From: an uncultured Candidatus Rokubacteria bacterium
Lineage (GTDB): Bacteria > Methylomirabilota > Methylomirabilia > Rokubacteriales > DASRDR01
Length of the DNA: 64,000 bases
Assembly (NCBI GenBank): GCA_963805625.1
Contig: CAWDVE010000022.1
Location: 15,194 to 79,193, forward strand
Direction: 5' to 3'
Each line of letters starts with the position of its first letter. Position 1 is the first letter of the stretch. Under the pieces are notes generated by a model. That model was not told where the DNA came from. It saw nothing but the letters and a program-made list of their open reading frames with translations, and ran no database searches. The position numbers and the translations under genes are program-made. Below are positions 39,997 through 50,341 of this stretch, piece after piece.

Positions 39997-40824
39997 TCAG
40001 CCGGACAGCAAGCGAGCGGCGGCGCGAATCTGCGACGGATCGTATGGGGGCTCGACCAGGAGGATGAGCCGGTCGACACCGGCGCGCGAGAGAGCCGCGC
40101 GGTTTTCGGAATCGGCGCGGAGCCAGGCCGGGGCGAAGCCTGCGAAGGCGCTCACGCCGAAGCGCGCGGGGTCGCGCCCCGCCGCCTTGTGGCTGTCCAG
40201 CGCGATCTGCGCGAGCGCGGCCAGTCGCGGGTGGTGCGCCTGGGTGTTGAAGCCGTCGCCGTGCGTCCCCGCGATCGCCGCCATGCGCGGGCCGAAGCCG
40301 CCAATGACGATGGGCGGCGCCGGGTCGGCGGACAGATAGCCCTCGGGCCGATCGAGACGGTAGTGCGCGCCGGTGAAAGGCCCGGAATCACCGGACCAGA
40401 GACGACGGAGGATCTGGACGGCTTCGATCACGCGCTGGGCGCGCACCGCATCGGGCTCGACGGCCAGGCCGAGCGCTTCCTGCTCGCGCGCATACGGTGT
40501 CCGCCTGCTTCCGCCGGCTCCAATGCCCAGGATGAACCGGCCGCCGGAGACCTGCTGCATCGTGGCTGCCATATTCGCGAGAAGCCCCGGATGTCGGTTC
40601 GCGACGTTCAGAACGAGAGGCCCGATCGTCATCCGACGCGTCACTTCGGCAAGCGCTGCGAGCGTTGTCATGCATTCGGGCACGCCGGCGGGATCACCGT
40701 CCGGATCGCGCAGGTGGTCCCAGGTCCAGAGCCCGTCGAATCCGCCCTCCTCGGCTGCCACGGCGGCGGCGCGGAGGTCGGCCCAGCGCGCGCCCATCGG
40801 GATGAGGAGCAGGTCGGTCTTCAC
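39997..40824 (-). CDS. LLM class flavin-dependent oxidoreductase
   Basis: GFDGLWTWDH, LAALAEVT, SGGRFILGIGAG, PPIVIGG. Confidence 0.9.
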   Translation of the reverse strand: MKTDLLLIPMGARWADLRAAAVAAEEGGFDGLWTWDHLRDPDGDPAGVPECMTTLAALAEVTRRMTIGPLVLNVANRHPGLLANMAATMQQVSGGRFILGIGAGGSRRTPYAREQEALGLAVEPDAVRAQRVIEAVQILRRLWSGDSGPFTGAHYRLDRPEGYLSADPAPPIVIGGFGPRMAAIAGTHGDGFNTQAHHPRLAALAQIALDSHKAAGRDPARFGVSAFAGFAPAWLRADSENRAALSRAGVDRLILLVEPPYDPSQIRAAARLLSG

Positions 40825-40866
40825 CGCGGGAGTATAGCCCGCCCCGAACTTGCTAGACTACCGGCC

Positions 40867-41205
40867 ATGAAGAATTCGCGGCGCGTGTACTCGACAGAGA
40901 GCGGGCGCATCCGCCAGCCCGCGCCCGCGCAGTCGGGCCCGCCGCTCTGTGCAGCCCCGCAGGCTACAGACGACGGCGTGGTGCGGATCTTCCGCGAGCG
41001 CGGCGGACGGAACGGCAAGGTGGTGACGGTGATTCGAGGCCTGCCCGCACGCGATCTCGAAGCGCGCGCGACGGAGCTCAAGCGCCTCTGCGGCGCAGGC
41101 GGCGCGGTCAAGGACGGCGCTGTCGAGATCCAGGGTGACCACCGCGAGCGCATCGCCGAGCGCCTCCGCGGCCTCGGGTACACGGCGAAGCTGGCAGGCG
41201 GCTAG
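40867..41205 (+). CDS. yciH: SUI1-family translation factor YciH
   Basis: VYST, GRNGKVVTVI, LKRLCGAGGAVKDG.VEIQGDHRE, AGG end. Confidence 0.9.
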   Translation: MKNSRRVYSTESGRIRQPAPAQSGPPLCAAPQATDDGVVRIFRERGGRNGKVVTVIRGLPARDLEARATELKRLCGAGGAVKDGAVEIQGDHRERIAERLRGLGYTAKLAGG

Positions 41206-41207
41206 CG

Positions 41208-42044
41208 ATGACCGAGTACGGCCAGCAGAGTCAATTTCGGGACACGGCCGGCCTCGACGCGGTGAAGGCGCGCGAGCTTGCGGGTCGCCTCGAGCTCCGC
41301 GCCAAGTCCCCGGCCGAGGTCGAGGCGCGGCAGGCCTACCTCGATCTGCTCAGCGTGCAGGCGGGGGAGTGCGTGCTCGACGTCGGGTGCGGCAGCGGCG
41401 CCGTCACGCGCGACATTGCCCGGCGCGTTGTCGGCCCGGCAGGCCGCGCGGTCGGTGTCGACCCGAGCCCGCAGTTCCTCGTGGTGGCCCGCGAGTTGGC
41501 AGCAGCGGCGGGGCTCGGAAGCGGGCTGGAATTCTGCGAGGGCAGCGTGCTCCACCTGCCCTTTCCCCTCGGCTCCTTCGACGTCGCGGTCGCTGTCACG
41601 GTGCTCGCGCACACTCCGGGGGGCGAGAGCGCCGTGGCCGAGATGGCGCGCGTGGTGCGCCCTGGTGGGCGCGTGGGGGTCTTCGACCTCGACACCGACA
41701 TGACCACGGTAACGCATCCGGACCGTGCGCTCACGCGCCGCATCGTCGCCGCCGCCTCGGACTCCTCCGCCGTGGACCGCTGGCTCTCGCGGCGACTGCC
41801 GTCGCTTTTCGCGCGGGCCGGACTCGAGGACGTGCGGGTGCGGGGCTTCTTCCCGCTCGAGACCGATCCGCTGGGCTTCTACGCCAGTATGCTGGAGCGG
41901 GCCTCCGAAATCGCCCTCACGGCGGGGGCGATCACGGAGGAGGAGCGGCGCGGCTGGCTGGAGGCGCTCCACGCGGAGCAGGCGCGCGGTCCCGTCATCG
42001 CGGGCAGGCTCCACATCTTCACCTGGGGCCGCAAGCCGGCTTGA
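41208..42044 (+). CDS. Class I SAM-dependent methyltransferase
   Basis: VLDVGCGSG, GVDPS, LPFP.GSFD, EMARVVRPGG. Confidence 0.9.
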   Translation: MTEYGQQSQFRDTAGLDAVKARELAGRLELRAKSPAEVEARQAYLDLLSVQAGECVLDVGCGSGAVTRDIARRVVGPAGRAVGVDPSPQFLVVARELAAAAGLGSGLEFCEGSVLHLPFPLGSFDVAVAVTVLAHTPGGESAVAEMARVVRPGGRVGVFDLDTDMTTVTHPDRALTRRIVAAASDSSAVDRWLSRRLPSLFARAGLEDVRVRGFFPLETDPLGFYASMLERASEIALTAGAITEEERRGWLEALHAEQARGPVIAGRLHIFTWGRKPA

Positions 42045-42431
42045 CGGCCCTCAGGAACGCATAGGAGCTCTGGTCTACCCTCGACACGTCCACGTCGAAG
42101 GACCCTCCGTTGTCGGGGGCAAGGGCCATCGTCTGCCCTGAATCCGGAGGATACGGCCGTGGAATACCAGCATCTTTCGGGCGATTGCCGCGCAGACAAG
42201 CCCGAAGTGCCATCAGGGGCGCCCCTGGCTGCGCATCTCATCGGCACCATAGTGGGACAGGGCACCGCACAGGTCAGGGAGCCACGGGCCCAGACGGATA
42301 CATTGACGAGAGTCCGAGACGAAGCCCATGATCACCCATCGTGCCTATCCCTCCAAGCGCGCCCAGGGTTCGGCGACTGGGTCAGAACCTGAACCGCCCG
42401 AGCGGGCAGTGACGGGCAATTGCGAGGCCCT

Positions 42432-43901
42432 TCAAGGTGAACACCGGTCCGCCCGAATCGGCTTGGCGTGGGCGTCGGAGCGGCTGTCTCGACGCTCAAT
42501 TCGCGCCCGGGGCATTGGACGAAGGCCATCGGAGGAGGGCCTCAACCCGATCGCCTTGATCCGCCGCCTCATCGCCGCGATGAGGACGCGCGAGGCCACC
42601 GGGGGCGCAAACAGCCCGGACAGCGGTCTAATGAGATGGGTCACCTCCCCGAGGCGCATCCCCACCTGGGGGTTGGCACACGCTATCAGCTTCGGCCGAT
42701 ACCAGTTGAACAGCCGCACCGAGAGCGACCGCTTGCCCATAGTGGCCGGAAGTCGCAAGTCATCGGCTGCTGCGAACAACCACGGCGTCATTTGAAAGCC
42801 TGCCTGCGCGGAGAAGAACCTGCCTGGCAGCCGCGGGTCGGCGACTCCGTATGTGGCCAGGCAGTCCTTGAGGAGCCGCGCGGATACCGTGGCGGCGCTC
42901 ATGCCCTGACCAAACCGGGGATTGTACGAACAGGCCGCGTCGGCAATCGCGACGAACCTGCCGAGCGGTGTGCGCCACCGCTCATAGTGACGCCACCGAT
43001 TCCGCGTCGCGCGGCTGGGATACACGGGAGAGATCGGTTCCATCCGCTGGACCATTTCGTGGACGACCGGCGACGCGAGCCGCTTCAACGCCGCGGTGAA
43101 TTCGTCCTCGCGCGTCGGAGGATACGCCTTGTTCACGCCGATATAGCTCAGCAGCCACCGTTGATTCTCCATGGGGAAGAACGCGATGAAGTACGGCTGC
43201 TCTGGCGTGGCGAGCCGAAGAAAGAGCACTTTCCACCACCACTCGGCCGGCCACGCGTGCTGCCTTCCCAACATGAACCAACGCGAGCAGTAGCCACTGT
43301 GTCCGTCGACCACTTCGTCCTCGGGTAGCTCAAGGTTCAACCGCCGCAACCACTCAGCGCTCCTCGAATGCGCGCCGCTCGCATCGACCACCAGGTCGGC
43401 GTCGAGGTGCCGAGTCGACTGGTCGCCGCGTGCGAGCACGTCCACCCCTGTGCAATATCGCCGCGTCTCTCCGGCGGCGCGGAGCGCGGTCACCTCGGTG
43501 CGTTCCAGAAAGGCCACGTTGGGCAGGTCCCGGCACAATTCGCGGACAGTGCCCTCGATCAGTGTCCGGCTCGCGTAGAGTTGCCATAGACTGGTATGGT
43601 TGCGTCGATTCCATCCGTGTGGCCACAGTGTCGCGACGTCCCAGCCGCTTTCCACCGCCACCGCTCCGCGATCACGCATCCGACGCTCGAAGCCGGGGAA
43701 GAAGCTCTCGAGCTCGCGAAGGCCGCGCGCTAGCAGATTGTGCACATGGCGGGCTTGCGGGACTCCCGGTCGAAACTCGTCGGCTGATGGGTAGGCATCG
43801 TGCTCAATGATCGTGACCCTGTCGACGACGTCGCTGAGCACACGGGCGGCACACATGCCCGCCAAGCTGCCACCGATCACGAGAGCGCTGGTCGTGGGCA
43901 T
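42432..43901 (-). CDS. FAD-dependent oxidoreductase/monooxygenase
   Basis: VIGGSLAG, RPGVPQ, ADLVVDASG, ADAACSYNPRFGQGM. Confidence 0.88.
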   Translation of the reverse strand: MPTTSALVIGGSLAGMCAARVLSDVVDRVTIIEHDAYPSADEFRPGVPQARHVHNLLARGLRELESFFPGFERRMRDRGAVAVESGWDVATLWPHGWNRRNHTSLWQLYASRTLIEGTVRELCRDLPNVAFLERTEVTALRAAGETRRYCTGVDVLARGDQSTRHLDADLVVDASGAHSRSAEWLRRLNLELPEDEVVDGHSGYCSRWFMLGRQHAWPAEWWWKVLFLRLATPEQPYFIAFFPMENQRWLLSYIGVNKAYPPTREDEFTAALKRLASPVVHEMVQRMEPISPVYPSRATRNRWRHYERWRTPLGRFVAIADAACSYNPRFGQGMSAATVSARLLKDCLATYGVADPRLPGRFFSAQAGFQMTPWLFAAADDLRLPATMGKRSLSVRLFNWYRPKLIACANPQVGMRLGEVTHLIRPLSGLFAPPVASRVLIAAMRRRIKAIGLRPSSDGLRPMPRARIERRDSRSDAHAKPIRADRCSP

Positions 43902-44030
43902 GGCGTCCCCCTTTCAGGAAGAGGGTAGGAGACATAAAGCCCCTTCTCGGTCGGGTCCCATGGGGGGTGTTATAGGGCTTCCCACCGACGACCGCTTCCA
44001 GCAACGCCCGGCTCGGGAACGAGAACCTAG

Positions 44031-44121
44031 CATGAGCGTCGGTGAGCTAGTCGACCTGGTGGCCTATCTGAAGACTCTCGGCGGCCCATCAGGCGGGGCA
44101 GGGCCCGGCCGGGCGCCGTGA
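44031..44121 (+). pseudogene. Cytochrome c-like C-terminal fragment
   Basis: MSVGELVDLVAYLKTL begins directly after GAACCTAG; no CxxCH upstream. Confidence 0.5.
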
Positions 44122-44129
44122 GGCCATCC

Positions 44130-45131
44130 TCAGTACTCGTCGAATATCCGCTGGACCTCGGCGGGATCGTCCGAGCGCGTCAACGCCAGCATCGCCAGCA
44201 CGCGGGCCTTCTGCGGATTCAGGTTGTCGGCGACGACGAAGCCGCGCTCGCGCAGGACGGTGCGAGGCAGCACGCGTCCGCTGCCCGCCCGGCTCGACAG
44301 CACGATCAACACGCCGCGCCGGCGCGCCTGCAGCAGCGCGTCGCCCTCGGCCGGCGTCGTCACCCCCGGCGGCAGCGACGCGGAGACGATCGCGCGGGCG
44401 CCGGCGGCCACGAAGGCCTCGATGGCCGTGCCATCGGCGCCGGCGTACGACGCGACGACGTCGACACGCGGCAGGTCGATCCGGCCGCGCACGTCGAACT
44501 CCGTGTCGGGGGCGTGCCGCCGCGTCGGCTTGCGGTAGATCGCGATCCGGCCGTCGGGATCCGCGTAGCCGAGCATCCCGAGGTCGGGGCTGCGGAACGT
44601 CTCCAGGCGGAGCGTGGAGGCCTTGGTCACCTCGCGCGCGGCCTGGATCTCGTCGTTGAGCAGGACGAGCACGCCGAGCCCGCGCGCTTCGGGCGATGCC
44701 GCGACGCGGACCGCATTGAGGAGGTTCATCGCCGCATCCGAGCTGAGGCCGGTGGCCGGCCGCTGCGCGCCCACTATCACCACCGGCGCGTCGGTCCGGA
44801 GCGTGAGGTTCAGGAAGTAGGCGGTTTCCTCAAGGGTGGCCGTGCCGTGCGTGATGACCACACCGTTCAGCGGCGCCTCGCGGGCCAGCGCGTCGTGCAC
44901 CGTGGTGACCAGCGCCAGCCAGTCGGCCGGGCCGATGGCGGTGCTGCCCACCGCGCGATACTTCACCGGCACGATCTCGGCGGCTGCGGGCACTTCGGGG
45001 AAGCGCTGCAGCAACTCGTCTGGCTCCGCCTTGCGGGCGGTGTCCATGTACTCCCAGACGTCCAGGCTGTCGCGGCCGATCGAGGAGATCGTCCCGCCGG
45101 TGCCGATCAAGGCCACGCGCGCTTTCGTCAT
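44130..45131 (-). CDS. Asparaginase
   Basis: TGGTIS, VVITHGTATLEETA, GAQRP, LNPQKARVL. Confidence 0.93.
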   Translation of the reverse strand: MTKARVALIGTGGTISSIGRDSLDVWEYMDTARKAEPDELLQRFPEVPAAAEIVPVKYRAVGSTAIGPADWLALVTTVHDALAREAPLNGVVITHGTATLEETAYFLNLTLRTDAPVVIVGAQRPATGLSSDAAMNLLNAVRVAASPEARGLGVLVLLNDEIQAAREVTKASTLRLETFRSPDLGMLGYADPDGRIAIYRKPTRRHAPDTEFDVRGRIDLPRVDVVASYAGADGTAIEAFVAAGARAIVSASLPPGVTTPAEGDALLQARRRGVLIVLSSRAGSGRVLPRTVLRERGFVVADNLNPQKARVLAMLALTRSDDPAEVQRIFDEY

Positions 45132-45325
45132 CGAAGCCTCCGGCCGCCACGATACGGCAGCGTCCGATCCGGCGCTCGTAGTATCTTGCGGACGTCATGA
45201 AGGTCGGCGTGAACCTCCTGAACTTCGGGCCGGGCGTGACCCCGGAGGCGCTGGCGAGCTGGACGGAGCTGGCGGAGACGCTCGGCTATCACGTCGTGAT
45301 GGAACCTGCCCCCGCCCGACCCCCG
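44869..45325. repeat. 457-bp direct repeat, copy 1
   Basis: Appears identical to 62873-63329. Confidence 0.92.
45197..45301 (+). pseudogene. LLM-class oxidoreductase N-terminal fragment fused to Pro-rich IS91-like tail
   Basis: MKVGVNLLNFGP..AETLGYHVVM then EPAPARPPP instead of the expected ..DH motif. Confidence 0.7.
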
Positions 45326-45584
45326 CCCTGCCCAAGACGGCCCGGCCACCCACACCACCAGTCCCGGCGAGGGCCGGAACCCCTCACGCCTTCTGCCAGC
45401 CTGACTCTCGGCGGCGTGCCCTCCTGACCTGCGCCCGGGATCCCACCTCCCGACGCGGTTGCCTGGCTGACCGGCCGCGCGCTACCTTCGGGGGCACGGG
45501 GCCGACGGGGGCGCGGCGGTCCGGGGCGCGGGAAGGGGCCGCAAACGTGGCGCCGCCTGCCTTCGGGTCTCGGAGGAGGGCACG

Positions 45585-47489
45585 ATGTCGAGCCGGTCGG
45601 TGTACGAGGAGGTTTACGCGCGATCCCTCCGCGACCGCGACGGCTTCTGGGCCGCCGCAGCAGAGGCGATCCACTGGGAAAAGCGCTGGGACCGGGTCTT
45701 CGACGACTCACGCCCGCCCTTCTACCGCTGGTTCGTCGGCGGGGCGCTCAATACCTGCTACAACTGCCTCGACCTCCACGTGGATCGCGGCCGGGGCAAG
45801 CAGCCGGCACTCGTCTACGACAGCCCCGTCACGGGCACCGTGAAGACGTTCACCTACGCGGAGCTGCGCGACGAGGTCGCGCGTGTCGCCGGCATGCTCG
45901 TCGCACTCGGGATCCAGAAGGGCGACCGGGTCATCGTCTACATGCCGATGGTGCCCGAGGCCGTCATGGCGATGCTCGCCTGCGCGCGGATCGGCGCGGT
46001 CCACTCGGTCGTCTTCGGTGGCTTCGCCGCCAACGAGCTGGCCAAGCGCATCGACGACGCCAAGCCTCGACTGATCCTCTCGGCCAGCTACGGGATCGAG
46101 GTCAATCGCCGGATCCCCTACAAGCCGCTGCTTGACGCTGCGATCGAGTTGTCGTCGCACAAGCCCCAGAAGTGCGTGATCTTGCAGCGTCCCGGAGAGG
46201 CGGCTCCGCTTGTGCGGGCGCGCGACCTCGAATGGGCCGAGGCGCTGGCGGGGGGGCGGCCGGCCGAGTGCGTGCCCGTCGCCGCGACCGACCCGCTCTA
46301 CATTCTCTACACCTCCGGCACGACCGGGATTCCCAAGGGTGTCGTGCGCGACAACGGCGGGCACGCGGTCGCGCTCAAATGGTCCATGCCGAACATCTAC
46401 GGCGTGGGATCGGGCGAGGTCTACTGGGCGGCCTCCGACATCGGCTGGGTCGTCGGCCACTCGTACATCGTCTACGCGCCCCTCCTCAACGGCAACACGA
46501 CGATCCTCTACGAGGGCAAGCCCGTGGGTACGCCCGACCCGGGCGCGTTCTGGCGGCTCATCGTCCAGCACGGCGTCAGCGTGCTCTTCACGGCGCCAAC
46601 GGCGTTTCGCGCGATCAAGAAGGAGGACCCACACGGCGAGCACATGCGCAAGCACGATCTCAGCCGCTTCCGCACGCTCTTTCTCGCCGGCGAGCGCTGC
46701 GATCCCGACACGCTCCTCTGGGCGCGCGAGAAGCTCGGTGTGCCGGTGATCGACCACTGGTGGCAGACCGAGACGGGCTGGCCGATCGCCGCCAACGCCG
46801 TCGGCCTCGGCGCGCTGCCGGTGAAGCCCGGCTCGCCGACGAAGGCGATGCCCGGCTACGACGTGCGCGTGCTGGACGAGCGGGGTCAGGAGATGGCCGC
46901 CGGCCAGATCGGCTCAATCATGATCCGCCTGCCGATGCCGCCGGGCTGCCTGCCGACGCTCTGGAACAACGACGCGGGCTACGAGAAGTCCTACCTCTCC
47001 ACGCACGCGGGCTACTACCTCACGGGCGATGCGGGCTATCGAGACGCCGACGGATACCTGTACATCATGAGCCGGGTGGACGACATCATCAACGTCGCCG
47101 GCCACCGGCTCTCGACGGGCGCGATGGAGGAGGTCCTGGCCTCCCATCCCGACGTGGCGGAGTGCGCGGTCGTCGGCGTCGCCGATGCGATCAAGGGCGA
47201 GGTCCCGGTGGGCTTCGTCGTGACCAAGGCTGGTGTCACGCGCGCGGAGAGCGAGATCGTCCAGGAACTGGTCGACAAGGTCCGTGAATCGATCGGGCCG
47301 GTCGCCTCGTTCAAGACGGCGGCACTCGTGAAGCGCCTGCCCAAGACGCGGTCGGGCAAGATCCTGCGCGGCACGATCAAGAAGATCGCCGACGGCGCTA
47401 CGTGGACGATGCCGGCGACGATCGACGACCCGGCGATCCTGGACGAGCTCGGCGAGACGCTGAAGGGACTGGGCTACCCGCAGAAGTGA
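45585..47489 (+). CDS. prpE: Propionyl-CoA synthetase
   Basis: YILYTSGTTG.PKGVVRDNGG, DHWWQTETGW, INVAGHRLSTG, LPKTRSGKILR. Confidence 0.9.
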   Translation: MSSRSVYEEVYARSLRDRDGFWAAAAEAIHWEKRWDRVFDDSRPPFYRWFVGGALNTCYNCLDLHVDRGRGKQPALVYDSPVTGTVKTFTYAELRDEVARVAGMLVALGIQKGDRVIVYMPMVPEAVMAMLACARIGAVHSVVFGGFAANELAKRIDDAKPRLILSASYGIEVNRRIPYKPLLDAAIELSSHKPQKCVILQRPGEAAPLVRARDLEWAEALAGGRPAECVPVAATDPLYILYTSGTTGIPKGVVRDNGGHAVALKWSMPNIYGVGSGEVYWAASDIGWVVGHSYIVYAPLLNGNTTILYEGKPVGTPDPGAFWRLIVQHGVSVLFTAPTAFRAIKKEDPHGEHMRKHDLSRFRTLFLAGERCDPDTLLWAREKLGVPVIDHWWQTETGWPIAANAVGLGALPVKPGSPTKAMPGYDVRVLDERGQEMAAGQIGSIMIRLPMPPGCLPTLWNNDAGYEKSYLSTHAGYYLTGDAGYRDADGYLYIMSRVDDIINVAGHRLSTGAMEEVLASHPDVAECAVVGVADAIKGEVPVGFVVTKAGVTRAESEIVQELVDKVRESIGPVASFKTAALVKRLPKTRSGKILRGTIKKIADGATWTMPATIDDPAILDELGETLKGLGYPQK

Positions 47490-47573
47490 CGGCGTGATCG
47501 CGCGGCCAGAGCCATCTAGGAATCACGCTCTTCGGTGCGTCGTTTGACTAGAAGACGAGTCCCGCACAAGGAG

Positions 47574-47605
47574 CCAAAGGCGCCAGGATAGCCTGGCGCC
47601 TTTGG
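47574..47605. terminator. Hairpin between convergent genes
   Basis: CCAAAGGCGCCAGG-atag-CCTGGCGCCTTTGG perfect 14-bp stem. Confidence 0.7.
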
Positions 47606-47656
47606 ACATGTGGGTTGGCGCTTGGATCGTCTACGTGATTCTCCTTGCGGTCATGT

Positions 47657-48253
47657 CTAGCCCGCCCGCTCTACGAGCTTCACTTCGCCCGACGTGACTT
47701 CCGGAGCTTTAGGCACTAGCGCGGCGAGGTGTTCTTTGATGTATTTCGCCGCGGCCTTTGTCGACTCTTCGGCGCCGGACGGTGACGTGAAGCCGCTAAT
47801 CGTCACGAGGGTACCCTTCCCGGCGTCCAGCATCGAATAGCTGGCGAACCCCGGCACGCGGGTGACGAGGGGAAGAAAACCGCTCTTGGCTTGGGTCACG
47901 ATCTGATCGACGTTCTTCGGATCGACCTGGTAGCGGCGAACCACTCCGTACTTGGGCAAGTCCTTGATCTCCCGCAGTCGGATCTCGCCCTGGAGCACGC
48001 GTGGCGGACTCGGTACCATCGGAGCAATGTTCTCCTTGATCCACGCCGCCGCTTTCTTTGTCGACTCCTCAGCGCCGGTCTTGTTCTGGTAGACACTGTA
48101 GGTGACGAAGTGGCCCTGGCCGGCGTCCATAATCCCGTACGAGACAAAGCCTGGGATGGCTTTGATGATCTTGATGCCATCTGCGGCAACACGGCGAACG
48201 ATCTCGTTCACGTTCTTGGCGTCGAGCGTGTAGTGCCTAAGAACTCCGTGCAT
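47657..48253 (-). CDS. Tandem ABM-like (dimeric alpha/beta barrel) domain protein
   Basis: Two internal repeats D.KNV..IV..PGF.SY..DAG.G..GAEESTK.AA..IKE; AGGAG RBS. Confidence 0.75.
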   Translation of the reverse strand: MHGVLRHYTLDAKNVNEIVRRVAADGIKIIKAIPGFVSYGIMDAGQGHFVTYSVYQNKTGAEESTKKAAAWIKENIAPMVPSPPRVLQGEIRLREIKDLPKYGVVRRYQVDPKNVDQIVTQAKSGFLPLVTRVPGFASYSMLDAGKGTLVTISGFTSPSGAEESTKAAAKYIKEHLAALVPKAPEVTSGEVKLVERAG

Positions 48254-48537
48254 AGGACAACTCCTTTGATGGTTCCGGCGTTCATTCGCGTATCAGACCG
48301 GATGGGTTAGAGGGGAAGTGAGTGCAGCGGAGACCTCCGGCTCCGCTCGCCGAAGGAAGATGCGCGGCACTCTACGCCCGGTCTGTGGAGGAGTCAACCG
48401 CCGCCGGCGTCCCTTCCTGGCGGTAGCATCGCAGGCGAGTACGCCGATCGAGGCCGATGAGTACGGCCGCAAACAGATCCGAGTGCTCGCCCCATGCTTT
48501 CCAGGTGGCACTCAGGCCCTCCCCGTGGGGAGCTCTC

Positions 48538-48890
48538 CCGGGGCCTTCGCCTTGCAGAGGACCAGCGCACGGCTCGGCCCCGGCGCGGGCTCCGGTAGCT
48601 GTTCCCAGGAAGCTTTCACGCTCCCTCCACTCCCCGGGGCCTTCGGCGTGCATCCGCGGCGCATGCCTTGGCCCCGCGCACAGGCTCAGCCCGCTGTGGC
48701 ATGCGGTGCCCACGCGGGGCCGGCGGCATGCATCCGCGGCAGCACGCCTCGTCCCCGGGCGCAGGCTAAGGTAGCTGTTCCCCGGAAGTTGCCGCCCGCC
48801 GGTTGCATTGCCGGGGCCTTCGCCGTGCAAAGGCACGGCGCACGGCTCGGCCCCGGTGCAAGCCGAGCATGCTGTTCCGCGGAAGTTGCT
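48538..48890. repeat. Four-unit structured hairpin array
   Basis: Units at ~48538, 48634, 48714, 48811: (C/G)CGGGGCC..GTGC-loop-GCAC..GGCCCCGG, three followed by GCTGTTCC..GGAAG. Confidence 0.8.
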
Positions 48891-49248
48891 GATGGCCGAG
48901 ACGGCTGGCGCGTGCGGTTGTCGCACGCCGTGAAGTAGCCCGCCCGCCGGCTGTCTCAGCGTATCGCCCCTTTCGCCCCCGTCAACCCCTCCGACCCGGG
49001 CTGGTGAGCATAAACGGCCTGCCTCATCCCTCCCAGCCCGGGCCTCCGGGGTCCGCCTGACGGCGGCCCTGCGGGTGACGGGGGCGAAACCGCGTCGGGC
49101 GGCCCTGATTGATTCATCTGCCGAGGCGGCGCGGCGGCACTGCGGTGAGGGCCGCCCGCCGCTGGGGCGATCCCCTGACCCATCCGGCGAGCGGGCTCGC
49201 TGGGTCCGCGCTCGGGAGCGCGGCATTTCGTCGATGGGAGGGTACGAC

Positions 49249-50341
49249 ATGGCCAGACAGCGGAAGGTGGCAGGGGTGGGGACGCAGACGATGCGGCACA
49301 CGCGGGCGTCGCAAGGTCCGAGGCGGCCGGCGTCGGAGGGCCGGCCCTCGGGCCTCGCCCGGATCTTCGCGGTGCCGGACGGCGAACCGATCGACGCGCG
49401 GCTCGCCCACATCCGGCAGCTGACCTCCGGGGAGCGGCTCTGGTTCGAGGCCGGCGCGCGCGTGGGCGATCGCGTGCTCGTGCCCTACGAGCGCCTCGAC
49501 GACGGGAAGCCCGCCGCCCTCGAGGTGGACCGCCTGATGCGCCGGCTCCGCTGTTCGGCCAAGGAAGCGTTCGACCTCGGGGAGGCGCTGCTCGCCCTCG
49601 ACGCGGACCCGACGGTGATCGCGCACTACGTCGGGGAGGCACGGCGCCGGGGCGTGGGGCCGGTGCTCACCGAGCTCCTGGCCTGGGCCGCGCGGCTGGG
49701 CGCCCTCACTGCGGTCCCGGACACGGACGCCCTCGAGCACGCCGAGCCGCTCGGCGACGACGTCGAGGACGTCACGGACGCAGGTGAGCTGGCCGCAGCG
49801 CCCTTGGCCGCCGACCCCGACGCGGCCCCGACACCGGAACCGGCAACGCTGGCCTGGCGCGTGCTCGGGACGATCGACGTGCCGCGGGTGCGCTGCTCCC
49901 GATGCGGCGCCGACTACCTGGCCGACGACGAGTCGGCCGAGCTGCCAGCCTGCCCCCGCTGTGGGACGCCCGACACGTGGGAAGCCCGGCAGCCCCCCGC
50001 GTTCAGGGCGCTCCTGGCTGCGATCGAGGCCTGCCGGACGCGGCCGGCGCTGGCGGATCTCGGCCGCCGGCTCTATGCTGCGCAGCTGCCCCGGGCTCAG
50101 GCCGGGGTCGCGTGGACGCGCTACCGGATCCGGCAAGCGGCGCTCGATGCCGCGGTGGCGCTCAGCGCTCCTGCCCGCGAGCTGCTCGCGACGATCGAGC
50201 ACACGGACGCCCGAGCGCTGCCGCGGCTCGGGGCTCGGGGCGGCGCTCTACCGCCGCCAGCACGCGGCCGCCGAGCCCGGCCTCACGCCGGCGGAGTGGC
50301 GGCGCCTCTGGGCGGCGTACCGGGCGCGGCGGCCGGCGTAG
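49249..50341 (+). pseudogene. Hypothetical Zn-ribbon protein, frameshifted by a 7-nt duplication near 50230
   Basis: GGGAGG RBS; CSRC/CPRC; internal repeat LGRRLY..AWTRY / LGAALY..LWAAY; GCTCGGG duplicated. Confidence 0.6.

Noticed and set aside
48538-48890. CRISPR array
   Set aside because: Units are long degenerate hairpins with no unique equal-length spacers, and there are no cas genes.
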